A DNA stretch of 64,000 bases from an uncultured Acidimicrobiaceae bacterium (GCA_964351995.1 CAYGQE010000028.1:3980-67979), one strand, 5' to 3'. Shown: positions 1 through 10,480, counted from the stretch's first letter. Translations and numbers: made by a program. The notes: generated by a model from the letters alone, not told the origin.

Positions 1-11
1 TCCTTGCGCTC

Positions 12-698
12 GTGCTCGTGATTTTGATCGACGGCGCGTGGACGACGTCGGCCGTTGTTTGGGGTTCGGTCAGTGGGTTCGCCGGTCTGTGTGGTCTGGT
101 CCTGCTCTACCAGGGTCTCGCTGACGGACCCAACCGCCTGGTCAGCCCACTCAGCGCGGTGATCGCTGCCGTTGTGCCGGTCGCCGTCGGCGTCTCGCTC
201 GATGATCGGCCGGATGCTCTCGCGATCATGGGACTCTGTATCGCCCCGATCGCCATCTGGCTCGTGGCAGGTGGCGATCTCAAGATGATCGGCTCGTCGA
301 AGCGGCCACTGCTCCTCGGAGTTGGCGCCGGTCTCGGGTTTGGCACCTTCTTTGCGCTCCTCGCTCAAACGCCCGACGATGCCGGTGCCGTGCCGCTGCT
401 GGCGGCGCGACTGACGTCGGTGGCGATGCTGGTCCTGGCGGCAATGGTCACTCGGCCAGGCAAGCCCGCGCCGTCTGTTCTGTCGATCGCCGTTGTTGGT
501 GGTGCACTCGACATGACGGCGAACGGACTCTTCCTCTGGTCGACGCTGGAGGGTGAACTCGCCGTGGTTGGTGCGCTCGTGAGTCTCTTTCCGGCCACCA
601 CGGTGCTTCTTGCTGTGGCATTCCTCGGCGAACGGCTCGATCGCAAACAGTTCGCTGGCCTTGCGCTTGCTGTCGTCACCGCAGCCCTGCTGAGCTGA
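12..698 (+). CDS. EamA/DMT family transporter, probably 5'-partial
   Basis: Many hydrophobic helices; C-terminal LFPATTVLLAVAFLGERL is typical of EamA repeats. The ORF may begin before the window. Confidence 0.8.
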   Translation: MLVILIDGAWTTSAVVWGSVSGFAGLCGLVLLYQGLADGPNRLVSPLSAVIAAVVPVAVGVSLDDRPDALAIMGLCIAPIAIWLVAGGDLKMIGSSKRPLLLGVGAGLGFGTFFALLAQTPDDAGAVPLLAARLTSVAMLVLAAMVTRPGKPAPSVLSIAVVGGALDMTANGLFLWSTLEGELAVVGALVSLFPATTVLLAVAFLGERLDRKQFAGLALAVVTAALLS

Positions 699-735
699 CC
701 GCCGGGTGGTCATCTTCCGGGCAGTTCGCCGCAGA

Positions 736-1818
736 TCATGCGGCGGAGCGGTGTCGAGCTCGGTGGCAGGGCGCGCAACGCGGTTCGAGTTCGTTGGTGA
801 CGGTGTGTCGAGTCATCTCGTACGACGGGTTGTGGTCGAGTTCGATGAGGTCGGTGCTTGCACACTCAACGCATTCGTGGCCATGCGTCTCCATGACAAC
901 CCGCTTCTGTCGGGTGGTCGAGTGGCGTCGGCGGCTGGACGCGTTGATCGGTCGACGTTCGGCGTCGTGGATCAGGAGCCGGATGAAGGAACGGTCGAGT
1001 TGGCGGCTGATGGCGTTGGTCGTGATTGGTGTGCCGTCGTCGAACGTGTTTCCGTCGCCTCGAACGTGGATCACCACCTCGGTCGTGAGTGCGATGTCGA
1101 GGTCGAGGAACAACACGGTGAAGGCATCGGCGTGCTGCTGGGCGAGCGTGGGGATGGTCCAGTCGGATGCTGGCTGCCAAGACCTGCGAAGCCGATGAAG
1201 CGTTTGCGGAAGCGGTGTTCGGGAGGCCCGTGATGCGTCCGCGGACGCGGGTGCCTCTCTTGACGTGGTCGATTCAGGAACGTCAGTCACGGTGTGTGAC
1301 CTACACGCGTCCGCGGACGCAACGGTGGCATCTTCGCTCGGAGTTTGGGCGATGCGGCGAACGAGTTCTTCGACCGCAGCGATGATCGGCTTGGCGGTTG
1401 ACGGCGGAAGTGCGATTCGGATGATGCACATGCCGTCGCCGTCGGTGTAGCTGGTGAAACTGCGGTCGTCGTGGAGTCGCTGATCGCGAGCGGTGTCAGC
1501 TTCGTCGAGCGAAAGCACACGAGCGATCGCCGTGGTGAGACGGTTGGCCGAGCGCTTCTCGGCGAGTTCGAGGAGCATCGCTTCGTTGTCGGGGACTGCC
1601 CAGCGGGTGAGGATCCGAGCTTTAGGACTTCAGCGGATAGGGAGAGCACGCAGTGCGTCAACCCGCTGAATCCAAGGAATAGTCACGGCGCGCAGCGCCT
1701 ATCCGCTCTTCCCCTTGGCGTAGGAAATGTCGTTGGATCCGAACGCGGCATCGATCCGTGGGAGTTCTCGCAGCGCGTGGCCGATGCGGACCCATTCTCG
1801 TGCGGTCGAGGTGTGCAT
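736..1818 (-). pseudogene. DUF222 + HNH endonuclease gene interrupted by a 90-bp insertion
   Basis: TAREWVRIGHALRELPRIDAAF..SYAK and ARILTRWAVPDNEAMLLELA lie in the same frame on either side of 1625-1714. C-terminus has CxxC...DH...CxxCH (HNH). Confidence 0.75.
1625..1714. mobile_element. MITE-like element, 90 bp
   Basis: 17-bp imperfect terminal inverted repeats GGACTTCAGCGGATAGG and CCTATCCGCTCTTCCCC (12/17 match). Flanks TTA/TTG resemble a 3-bp target duplication. Removing it restores the ORF. Confidence 0.65.
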
Positions 1819-1841
1819 CTTGGGTTCGAGCTGGCGCGATG

Positions 1842-2978
1842 TCAGCGTAATTCGTAGCGCAGCTGAGCACCCTCGATGGTGACCGCTGCGTCGCCGTTGA
1901 GGCGGAGATGCTCGAGGTGAGCGTAGGTCTCGCTCTCGGCCATCGACCCCCATGACCGCTCTTTGAACAACGCCTTCATGTAGTCGTTGACCGTGCCGTT
2001 GCCGATCTCGTCGGACGCATCTTGGAGCACCGTGAGTCGTTCCTCGTGGTGGGTGCGGATGGCCTTGGCCCGACCGGGAAGATCGGCGAACTCGAGCCCG
2101 TGGGCGGGCAGCACAGTTTTCACCGACTCGAACGACTGCATGCGGTCGAGGCTCTCGAAGAAGTCGGCGAGCGGATCGACGGTGGCGCCCATGCCCGAGA
2201 TGTGCGGCGTGATCGTGGGGAGGATGTGATCCCCACTGATCATCACGCCATTGTCGACATCCATGAGGCAGAGATGATCGGGCGTATGGCCTGGGGTGTA
2301 GACCGACACCCACTCGCGGTCGCCGATCATGATCACATCGGCCTCGTCGACTCGCTTGGTCGGTTGCGGTGTCGACATGAACTTGCCGCCCGCGACCTGC
2401 ATGGCCCGGTAGCGGAGCCGACGGGCGAGCGGCAACTGATGCCGCTCTCCACCCCATGGGGTGTTGCGTTCGAATGGACTGTTGGCCGATGGCCGGTCGC
2501 CGTGGACGCTTGCTTTGGCTTCATCGGCCGATGTCGTGATCTCGGTCTCTTCGTCGTCGGCTTCTGCTTCAGGGTCGAGAAACGTACGGAATCGTTTGTG
2601 GGTGACGATGTCGGCGCCGAACTTGCGGTGCAGGGTGGCGGCCTGACCGAAGTGATCGGGGTGCGAGTGGGTGATGACCACGGTGTGGACCCGGTAGATC
2701 GGCAGACCCGCTGCCGCCATCCGCTTCTTCAGGGCGCGCCAGGTCGGCAGGCCAGGCAGGCCTGGATCGACGAGCGTGATGCCCATGCGGTCTTCGATGG
2801 CGTAGCAGTTGACGTGACCCAGCCCAGGAAGCGAGATCGGCAATTGGATGCGCAACACACCGGGGGCGACTTCCTCTGTGTCGTCCCGCGGAGGTCGGCG
2901 CTCTTCGCGCATCGTCGGCGCCGGGGCGTGTTCGTGGCCCTCGTGAGCATGAGCGTGTCCGGCATGGGAAGAAGACAT
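1842..2978 (-). CDS. MBL-fold metallo-hydrolase
   Basis: THSHPDH, GHTPDH, SGDH and PAHG motifs; His-rich N-terminus. Confidence 0.9.
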   Translation of the reverse strand: MSSSHAGHAHAHEGHEHAPAPTMREERRPPRDDTEEVAPGVLRIQLPISLPGLGHVNCYAIEDRMGITLVDPGLPGLPTWRALKKRMAAAGLPIYRVHTVVITHSHPDHFGQAATLHRKFGADIVTHKRFRTFLDPEAEADDEETEITTSADEAKASVHGDRPSANSPFERNTPWGGERHQLPLARRLRYRAMQVAGGKFMSTPQPTKRVDEADVIMIGDREWVSVYTPGHTPDHLCLMDVDNGVMISGDHILPTITPHISGMGATVDPLADFFESLDRMQSFESVKTVLPAHGLEFADLPGRAKAIRTHHEERLTVLQDASDEIGNGTVNDYMKALFKERSWGSMAESETYAHLEHLRLNGDAAVTIEGAQLRYELR

Positions 2979-3037
2979 TGCGCTATGTCGTAGCGGACAG
3001 AAGGCAGCAGGTCGAACTGACGTCCTATGGTGCGACA

Positions 3038-3715
3038 ATGGACGAGGCCTGGATTCTGTACCCCGAACTCCGTGAGCAGCTGATCTCGCTCGTCGTGTCC
3101 TTGGATGCCGCCGACCGGGATCGCACCGTGCCTCTGACGCCGGGATGGACCATCGAGCAGGTCGTGGCTCACGTGTGTGGCCTCAACGCAGATGTGATTG
3201 CCGGAGCCGTCGAAGGTCTGGGTACCGACGAGCGAACGTCGGCTCAGGTGTCGACTCGTGCAGGAATGTCTTTGGAAGACGTCTGCGACGAGTGGCGTGG
3301 GTACGACGCAGCGATGCAGGCAGCGACAGCCGAAGTTCCTCTTTTGGAGCAGCGGCTCGCTGCAGACCTCGTGATCCACCTGCATGACGTGCAGCATGCG
3401 CTCGATCTCACGATTGACGAGTCTGACGCGGCCACTGCGAGCGCGGCACATGTCTATGCGGTGCGCATCCCCGATCGTTGGGCTGCGGGCACCGGTCTAC
3501 AGGTCTCGATCGAACTGAGCGACGGCTTCCGCTCGCCCTCCGAAGGCGAAGCCGACCTCGTGCTTCGTGCCACGCCGTATGACTTCCTGCGTTCAGTTTC
3601 AGGCCGCCGGAGCCGGACCCAGGTCGGGGCGCTGGACTGGTCTGGAGATGCAGCTGCGGTACTCGATCACTTCAGTCCGTACGCCGAGTTGGGCGACGTC
3701 GACGCCGAGGTGTAG
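3038..3715 (+). CDS. Mycothiol-dependent maleylpyruvate isomerase family (DinB-like) protein
   Basis: TPGWTIEQVVAH and DLVIHLHDVQHAL motifs. Confidence 0.8.
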   Translation: MDEAWILYPELREQLISLVVSLDAADRDRTVPLTPGWTIEQVVAHVCGLNADVIAGAVEGLGTDERTSAQVSTRAGMSLEDVCDEWRGYDAAMQAATAEVPLLEQRLAADLVIHLHDVQHALDLTIDESDAATASAAHVYAVRIPDRWAAGTGLQVSIELSDGFRSPSEGEADLVLRATPYDFLRSVSGRRSRTQVGALDWSGDAAAVLDHFSPYAELGDVDAEV

Positions 3716-3718
3716 CGA

Positions 3719-4984
3719 TCAGACCCTCGAACCGGGAGCGATCGTGGGCGGGGCAGCGTTGAGTGCTTCCATTGCGAACCCGGCCGCCGCTTTGTAGTTG
3801 GCCATGAAGGCTTCGATCTCGACCCGTGGAATCACGTCGTTGATGTCATCGAAGTAGCCGCCTGAGCGCTCGCCGACCAGCTCGAGAATGCCGATGGGAC
3901 CGTGGCCGCGGTTGCGCAGCACGAGGGCCGAGATCGGTTCGATCAGTTGCTCCTCGAAGGCCGCAAGGGCATCAGGGCCAATGCCAGATTCCAAGAAGTT
4001 CGCACCCATCACACGTGCGTCGACGATGGCTTGGCTCGCACCATTTGAACCAACGGGATACATCACGTGAGCGGCGTCGCCGATCAGACAGACCCGGCCG
4101 TCGACCCAGCGGTCGACGGGATCACGATCGACCATCGGGAACTCCCACACGGTGGGTGCAGCTCGGACCAGAGACGGGATGTCCAGCCAATCGAACGTCC
4201 AATCCTCGAAGGCGGGCAGAAACGCGTTGATGTCGACGGGCTTGTTCCAGTCACTGCCGGCCAGGCCTTCGCTGGCATCGACGGTGATCTCGGCGATCCA
4301 GTTCTGCAGCTGCAACCCGGTGTCTGGATCAATCGAGGAGATCGGGTAGTGCACGAATCGCTGATCGATCGTGCCGACCAACGTGAACGCAGCACCGGAC
4401 CGAATCGGCGGGCCGTACGCTGCCCCGCGGTACAGGATCTGCCCTCCCCACTGGGGTTCGGGCTGTTCGGGGTGCATCTGTGCTCGCACCGCTGAGTGCA
4501 GACCGTCGCCTGCGATCAACACCGACCCAACGACTTCGGTCGTGTTGCCGTCGCGGGTGTCGACCTCGACGACCACACCGTCTGACGTGTTGCGGTAGCC
4601 GGTCACCCGGTGACCGCTTCGGAACGCATCCGGCCCCATCCGCTCCAGCACGGCACCGTGCAACAGCATCTGCAGCTTGCCTCGATGAACCGAGTACTGC
4701 GGATAGTCGTAGCCGGCGGCGCGGCCTCGAGGCTCGGCCCAGACATCGTTACCGCCTCGACCAACCAACGCCCACTCCTTGGCCTCGACACCGATGCTGT
4801 CGAGATCACCAGCAAAGCCGAGGTCTTGCAACTCGCGAATGGCGTTTGGCTGGAGGTTGATGCCGACGCCGAGCGGAGCGACGGTCCGCACTGACTCGAG
4901 AACCACGGCCTCAACGCCGATCTCGTGGCACGTGAGTGCCAACGTCAGTCCAGCGATGCCGCCGCCTGCAATCACTACTGTCAT
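3719..4984 (-). CDS. FAD-dependent monooxygenase
   Basis: GGGIAG Rossmann motif, DG motif (AGDGLHS) and GDAAH. Confidence 0.9.
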   Translation of the reverse strand: MTVVIAGGGIAGLTLALTCHEIGVEAVVLESVRTVAPLGVGINLQPNAIRELQDLGFAGDLDSIGVEAKEWALVGRGGNDVWAEPRGRAAGYDYPQYSVHRGKLQMLLHGAVLERMGPDAFRSGHRVTGYRNTSDGVVVEVDTRDGNTTEVVGSVLIAGDGLHSAVRAQMHPEQPEPQWGGQILYRGAAYGPPIRSGAAFTLVGTIDQRFVHYPISSIDPDTGLQLQNWIAEITVDASEGLAGSDWNKPVDINAFLPAFEDWTFDWLDIPSLVRAAPTVWEFPMVDRDPVDRWVDGRVCLIGDAAHVMYPVGSNGASQAIVDARVMGANFLESGIGPDALAAFEEQLIEPISALVLRNRGHGPIGILELVGERSGGYFDDINDVIPRVEIEAFMANYKAAAGFAMEALNAAPPTIAPGSRV

Positions 4985-5056
4985 GACGACTCCCCGTTCG
5001 GTGTGGGTCGCCAGTTCACCGCCAGCCGGTCAGCAACGCAACCGCGGTCCTGTGAG

Positions 5057-6517
5057 CTACTCGCCCTGGCCCAGCGAATACGCCAGCTGGCCGTCGATGC
5101 GATAGAGGTTCTCGGTCTTGATGACGTCGATGCCTGCTGCATCGAGGGCGGCGAGGAGCCGAACGATGTCGCTGTTCGTCACGGAGTTGTCGCCGGCCGG
5201 CTTGAAACGACAGCGCCAGTGATCGGTGCAGAAGGTCTCAGGCATGGGATCGGGGTAGACCTTGACGCCGCGGTTGGTGATCATCTTGAGCGCCCAACCT
5301 TCGGGGGTCGCAGCCTCGAGCGCCGCGCCGAGCACGTTGGCGTGTCGGTCGGCGTCGGTCCAGTCGACGAAGGCGTCGACGCCCACCAGTTCCTTGGGTT
5401 TCGGATCCTGTCGGGTCACCGCAACCGAGATGCCGGTGGTCTTGTACTCCACTGGGGTGAGATGGCTTGGTCCGTCGCCGAGGCGGGCAATCACGGCGTC
5501 GGCAAACTCTTTGGTGCCGACTCGCTCCGAGCTCAAGCCGTCACGGAAGACATCTGGCGTGTGCACGCCATCTTCGAGCGTCTTGAGCCAGGCGTTCTTG
5601 ATCTGGCCGCCGACGTCTGCGGCACCGACGTGCACCAGTAGTTGTGTCGCTGCGACCAACAGGCCAGATGGGTTGGCAACGTTCTTGCCTGCGATGTCCG
5701 GGGCGGACCCATGGACGGCTTCGAACATGGCGATGCCTTCGCCGATGTTGGCCGAGCCGGCAATGCCTACCGAGCCAGAAATCTGCGAGGCGATGTCTGA
5801 AAGAATGTCGCCATAGAGGTTGAGCGTGACGATCACGTCGAAGAGTTCGGGCTGCGCGGCCAATCGAGCCGCGCCGATATCGATGATCTGGTGATCTGAC
5901 TCGATGTCGGGGTAGTCAGCAGCCACCTCCTCGAAGACCCGGGCGAACAGGCCATCGGTCAGCTTCATGATGTTGTTCTTGGTCATGCACGTGACCTTCT
6001 TGCGGCCGTAGGCCCGTGCGTATTCGAAGGCGTAGCGAACGATGCGCTCGGTGCCTGGCCTGGTGATCAGTTTGAGGACCTGCGTGACCTCAGAGGTCTG
6101 CTGATGTTCGATGCCGGCGTAGAGGTCCTCTTCGTTCTCCCTGACGATGACGAGATCGATGCCGGGATGGGCAGAGGTGACGAATGGTGCATACGCCTTG
6201 GTCGGGCGAACGTTGGCGTACAGATTCAGCGTCTTGCGAATGGTGACATTGAGGCTCTTGTAGCCACCACCGAGTGGTGTGGTGATCGGGGCCTTGAGAA
6301 ACACTGGGTTGCGGCGGATCGTCTCCCAAGCTTGAGGCGCGATGCCTGACGTGTGGCCCGCCTTGTAGACCTGCTCCCCGATCTCGATCTCATCGAACCG
6401 CAAAGGAGCCCCGGCCGCTTCGAGGACAGACAAAACGGCATCGGTGATCTCTGGCCCGATGCCGTCTCCCTTCGCAAGGGTGACAGATGCTGGGTGGTCC
6501 GAGGTCGGTGATGCCAT
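5057..6517 (-). CDS. icd: NADP-dependent isocitrate dehydrogenase, long-C-terminus type
   Basis: GDGIGPEI, KSLNVTIRK, RENEEDLYAGIE, NLYGDILSD, EAVHGSAPDIAG and C-terminal MITNRG..CTDHWRCRF. Confidence 0.92.
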   Translation of the reverse strand: MASPTSDHPASVTLAKGDGIGPEITDAVLSVLEAAGAPLRFDEIEIGEQVYKAGHTSGIAPQAWETIRRNPVFLKAPITTPLGGGYKSLNVTIRKTLNLYANVRPTKAYAPFVTSAHPGIDLVIVRENEEDLYAGIEHQQTSEVTQVLKLITRPGTERIVRYAFEYARAYGRKKVTCMTKNNIMKLTDGLFARVFEEVAADYPDIESDHQIIDIGAARLAAQPELFDVIVTLNLYGDILSDIASQISGSVGIAGSANIGEGIAMFEAVHGSAPDIAGKNVANPSGLLVAATQLLVHVGAADVGGQIKNAWLKTLEDGVHTPDVFRDGLSSERVGTKEFADAVIARLGDGPSHLTPVEYKTTGISVAVTRQDPKPKELVGVDAFVDWTDADRHANVLGAALEAATPEGWALKMITNRGVKVYPDPMPETFCTDHWRCRFKPAGDNSVTNSDIVRLLAALDAAGIDVIKTENLYRIDGQLAYSLGQGE

Positions 6518-6690
6518 CTTCACAACATACCTATTGGAAAGTATGTCTTCAACTTCATTTGTGTATTCGTTCGGGGGTGCCGTGTGCGAAGTTGGAGGAA
6601 TGATCGCTCGGATTACCCGGTTGGTTTGCTGAGCACGTGCGGCACCTTCGTGTGGTGTACTGCTGGCCGCTGACGATCATGGAGACCCCG

Positions 6691-8301
6691 ATGCAACCCA
6701 TCTCGATTGCCACCTGGAGCGAGCTTCCGAATCGTGTTCCGCAGGGGGCGCTTGTCGGCAATGTCGATCTTGTAATCGTGCGTTATGAAGAGAACCACTC
6801 GGTGCTCTTCGGTCGCTGTCTTCACCGTGGCGCGCTCATGGCTGACGGCAGCCTCAGTGGCGATGATTTGATCTGTGGTCTGCATGGTTGGGACTACGGC
6901 ATCAAGACCGGCATCAGCGCCTACAACAACGCCGAGGTGCTGGAGAAGTTCTCGAGCTGGATCGAAGACGACCAGTTGATGGTCGACGCCGACGAGATCG
7001 GTGCGTGGGAACGAAAGAATCCGCAGCCGTACAACCGTGACGCCTATCAGGGTGCGTACCAGGATGTGCATGGCGCGCCGGAGGAGCCCCATGTTGGGCT
7101 CATCCGAAACCTCGCGAATGACGGGCTGACCAAGACTGGCCATCACGGTCCGACGACCTCGATGGGTGTGCCTCGCGATCAGTTGCCGTTGTGGGATGAC
7201 ATTCAGTTCGTGACCGCTCAGGTGGCGACTCGGCCGTTGCTCGATGAGGAGCCGGTGAGTTCCACGACGGTCATCGGGCCGAACGCCGTTCGTCCGCTGG
7301 AGCTCGATCGTCCGTTGTTTGTCTCCGACATGAGTTTTGGTGCGTTGTCGGAAGAGGCCAAGGTTGCCTTGGCGCTTGGCGCTGATCAGGCCGGCACGGG
7401 CATCTGCAGTGGTGAGGGCGGCATGTTGCCGGAAGAGCAGGCGGCCAACAGCCGCTACTTCTACGAGCTGGCGTCTGGCCGTTTTGGGTGGGAGATCGAG
7501 AAGGTCGAAAAGGTTCAGGCGTTTCATTTCAAGTTCGGGCAGGGGGCGAAGACGGGCACCGGTGGTCACCTTCCTGGCAACAAGGTGCAGGGCAAGATCG
7601 CCGAGGTTCGAGGCCTCGAAGAGGGCGAGCCGGCGATCAGTCCGGCGACGTTCCCTGATCTCGTTTCGATCGAGGACTACCAGGTGGTGGCGGCCGAGGT
7701 CCGGGAAGCGTCGGGTGGTATTCCGATTGGGGCGAAGTTGAGCGCTCAGCACATCGAGGCCGACATCGACGCGGCGCTGGCCATTGGTGTCGATTACGTG
7801 ATTCTCGATGGTCGTGGGGGTGGCACGGGTGCTGCGCCGGTGATCTTCCGGGACAACATCAGCGTGCCGACGATTCCGGCGCTCGCTCGGGCTCGTCGTT
7901 ATCTCGACTCACTTGGTCGGGGCGACGTCACGTTGGTGATCACCGGCGGGTTGCGCACGCCGTGGGACTTCGCCAAGGCGATGGCGCTGGGTGCTGATGC
8001 CGTGGCGGTTTCGAATGCGGCGATGCAGGCCATTGGTTGCATTGGTATGCGGGCGTGTAACTCGAACAACTGCCCGGTTGGGATTGCGACCCAGCAGCTT
8101 CACCTTCGTGAGCGGCTGCCGGTGCAGGATGCGGCCGACCGGCTCGAGCGTTTCTTCCGATCAAGCACCGAGTTGATGGAGGTGTTGGCCCGGGCGTGTG
8201 GTCATCGCTCGCTCGATCAATTCAGCATCGACGATCTCACCACGTTCGATCGTGAGATGCATCACCTCACCGGTATCGCCTACGGCGGTGTGCTTGCCTG
8301 A
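6691..8301 (+). CDS. Rieske [2Fe-2S]-fused FMN-binding glutamate synthase-domain protein, copy 1
   Basis: CLHRG..CGLHG Rieske motif; MSFGALS, SGEGG, GQGAKTGTGGHLPG and DGRGGGTGA; CIGMRACNSNNCP cluster motif. Confidence 0.9.
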   Translation: MQPISIATWSELPNRVPQGALVGNVDLVIVRYEENHSVLFGRCLHRGALMADGSLSGDDLICGLHGWDYGIKTGISAYNNAEVLEKFSSWIEDDQLMVDADEIGAWERKNPQPYNRDAYQGAYQDVHGAPEEPHVGLIRNLANDGLTKTGHHGPTTSMGVPRDQLPLWDDIQFVTAQVATRPLLDEEPVSSTTVIGPNAVRPLELDRPLFVSDMSFGALSEEAKVALALGADQAGTGICSGEGGMLPEEQAANSRYFYELASGRFGWEIEKVEKVQAFHFKFGQGAKTGTGGHLPGNKVQGKIAEVRGLEEGEPAISPATFPDLVSIEDYQVVAAEVREASGGIPIGAKLSAQHIEADIDAALAIGVDYVILDGRGGGTGAAPVIFRDNISVPTIPALARARRYLDSLGRGDVTLVITGGLRTPWDFAKAMALGADAVAVSNAAMQAIGCIGMRACNSNNCPVGIATQQLHLRERLPVQDAADRLERFFRSSTELMEVLARACGHRSLDQFSIDDLTTFDREMHHLTGIAYGGVLA

Positions 8302-8368
8302 GCAGGAAGGCGATGGCGTTGCGTCAGAAGCGGGGCATGTCAACCGGTTCTGGCGTTCGGCTCGACGT

Positions 8369-9103
8369 TCAGCTCGTCATGCCGCCGTCGACCACGAACT
8401 CTTGGCCGGTGCAGTAGCTCGAGTCGTCAGAGGCGAGAAATTGCACGAGCAGCGCAACCTCATCAGCGCTGGCGACGCGCTCCATGGGGATCTGCGTTTC
8501 CATGCGCTCTCGCACGCCAGGTCCGAACTGCTGCAGCATGTCGGTGTCGATGATGCCGGGGTGGACCGAGTTCACCCGAACGCCTGAAGGGCCGAGCTCG
8601 ACCGCTGCTGATTTCGACATTCCTCGTACCGCCCACTTGGTCGCAGCGTATGCGTGGGCGCCAGCGGCAGACTTCATGCCGGCGATCGACGAGATGTTGA
8701 TGATGCTGCCCATTCCGTTCTCTTTCATCACCGGCGCAACGGTCTTCATGCCGAGGAAGACGCCGGTCTGGTTGATGGCCAACATCTGGTTCCACAACTC
8801 CATCGACGTATCGAGCATGCCGGCGGTGATGAAGATGCCAGCGTTGTTGACGAGTACTTCGATGTGGCCGTGTTGGGCCATGACCGCCTCGACCACCGAG
8901 ACCCATTCGGCCTCCGAGGACACGTCGTGGTGAAGGAAGGTGCATGCATCGCCCAAACGCTCGGCAGTTGCCGCACCCTCTTCGTCGAGAATGTCAGTGA
9001 TCACCACCTGAGCACCGGCTTCGACGAAAAGTTCGGCCTCGGCCGCACCTTGACCACGTGCGCCTCCGGTGATCAACGCCACCTTGCCATCAAGTCGATT
9101 CAC
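8369..9103 (-). CDS. Short-chain dehydrogenase/reductase
   Basis: TGGARGQG, NNAG and YxxxK (YAATK). Confidence 0.92.
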   Translation of the reverse strand: MNRLDGKVALITGGARGQGAAEAELFVEAGAQVVITDILDEEGAATAERLGDACTFLHHDVSSEAEWVSVVEAVMAQHGHIEVLVNNAGIFITAGMLDTSMELWNQMLAINQTGVFLGMKTVAPVMKENGMGSIINISSIAGMKSAAGAHAYAATKWAVRGMSKSAAVELGPSGVRVNSVHPGIIDTDMLQQFGPGVRERMETQIPMERVASADEVALLVQFLASDDSSYCTGQEFVVDGGMTS

Positions 9104-9174
9104 GTTCGCACGTCCTTCATCAGCAGTCGAAGCAGAGAGCTTGCTGCACGATCACCTCTGGCACCAGTCCACTG

Positions 9175-9888
9175 TCATTGTCCAATCCCGATGTTCGCGG
9201 CCATCAGCCGGGCCGACGCGTCGAACAGATCGCGATGGTGCTCGATGACGCCCCGAGTTTGGTTGGAGAGTTCGAAGCTCAACAGGCCAAACAGCTGGGT
9301 CCACGCGGTGAGAACGGCAAGAAGCGCATCGTCGCCGAGGAGGTCGGTGTCGGCGACGTTGGCTCGCAGCTGCTTGAAGTCTTCGGTCAGCTCATCCGAG
9401 ATCGGGATGGTCGGCCTTCCTCGATGACGCTTCAGCTGCTTGTCGATCTTGGCCTGGGTCACGATGCTGACCAGCGCACGAGTCGCGCGTGTGCCCGAGG
9501 ACGCCGTGATGTCTGGGGCGGCGTAGCCAGGGACCGGTGTGCCGAACAGCAGGAAGTACTCGTGCGGGCGAGTGAGCGCCCAGTCGCGAATTTGGTGTGC
9601 TGCCAAGACCCAACGTTCGAGGGGTGGAGTGTCAGTGGTTGACGCCACAGAGGTTTCGACGAGTTCGCCGAGCGAGTCGTACGCCTCGATGATGAGACGA
9701 GTCAGGAGGTCGTCTCGGCTCTCGACGTAGCGGTAGACCGCAGACGAGACCATCCCGAGCTCGCGTGCGACCGATCGCAGCGAGAGGCCTGCGGCGCCGT
9801 GTTGCACCAACTGTCGTCGCCCCTCCTCGATGATGTCTGCGGTGGTCTTCTCCCGAGCCAGTGCCCGCGGGGTTTGCTTCGCCGTCAT
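9175..9888 (-). CDS. TetR family regulator with WHG-type C-terminus
   Basis: LSLRSVARELGMVSSAVYRY HTH and WTQLFG. Confidence 0.9.
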   Translation of the reverse strand: MTAKQTPRALAREKTTADIIEEGRRQLVQHGAAGLSLRSVARELGMVSSAVYRYVESRDDLLTRLIIEAYDSLGELVETSVASTTDTPPLERWVLAAHQIRDWALTRPHEYFLLFGTPVPGYAAPDITASSGTRATRALVSIVTQAKIDKQLKRHRGRPTIPISDELTEDFKQLRANVADTDLLGDDALLAVLTAWTQLFGLLSFELSNQTRGVIEHHRDLFDASARLMAANIGIGQ

Positions 9889-9909
9889 GGGCGCATCATG
9901 GCAGAAAAG

Positions 9910-9975
9910 AGAGCAGTGCTCTTGCTTTTCATTGGAGGTTCATGTTGACTGATCAAAGCGAGAGCAGTGCTCTCG
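9910..9975. promoter_or_regulatory. Two palindromic putative TetR operators
   Basis: AGAGCAGTGCTCT at 9910-9922 and CGAGAGCAGTGCTCTCG at 9959-9975, between divergent tetR and its target. Confidence 0.75.
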
Positions 9976-10003
9976 TTTCAAGAAACGAAAAGGAACCCTC
10001 CCC

Positions 10004-10474
10004 ATGACCATCAAAACCACGACATCCGCTCGCTACATCCGTCCGGATCCGTTCTCCAAGTACGTCTTCAACCCGCTGGTCGCGGGCCTGACGAAACTGG
10101 GCATCAGCATCTTCGGCTCGAGAGTCCTGGAGGTACGTGGTCGGACCTCGGGCGAGTGGCGGTCTGTGCCGGTGAACCCGCTGACTCTCGAGGGTGAGCG
10201 ATTCCTGGTGGCGCCTCGAGGAACGACGCAGTGGGTACGGAACATCCGCGCTGCGGGTGGCGGTCGTCTCCGCAAGGGGCGGCGGCTCGAGAATGTCACC
10301 GTGTCCGAACTCGCTGATGCCGACAAGGTGCCGATGTTGCGGGCCTACCTCGATGCCTGGGAGTTCGAGGTCGGCAAGTTCTTCGACGGTGTCGACAAGC
10401 ACTCGACCGATGCCGAACTCGCCGCGATCGCACCCGGATTTCCGGTGTTCCGAATCACCGCCACCGCACGGTGA
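10004..10474 (+). CDS. Deazaflavin (F420)-dependent nitroreductase family protein
   Basis: GRTSGEWRSVPV, WVRNIRAAG and PVFRI motifs. Confidence 0.85.
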   Translation: MTIKTTTSARYIRPDPFSKYVFNPLVAGLTKLGISIFGSRVLEVRGRTSGEWRSVPVNPLTLEGERFLVAPRGTTQWVRNIRAAGGGRLRKGRRLENVTVSELADADKVPMLRAYLDAWEFEVGKFFDGVDKHSTDAELAAIAPGFPVFRITATAR

Positions 10475-10480
10475 GCGGGA

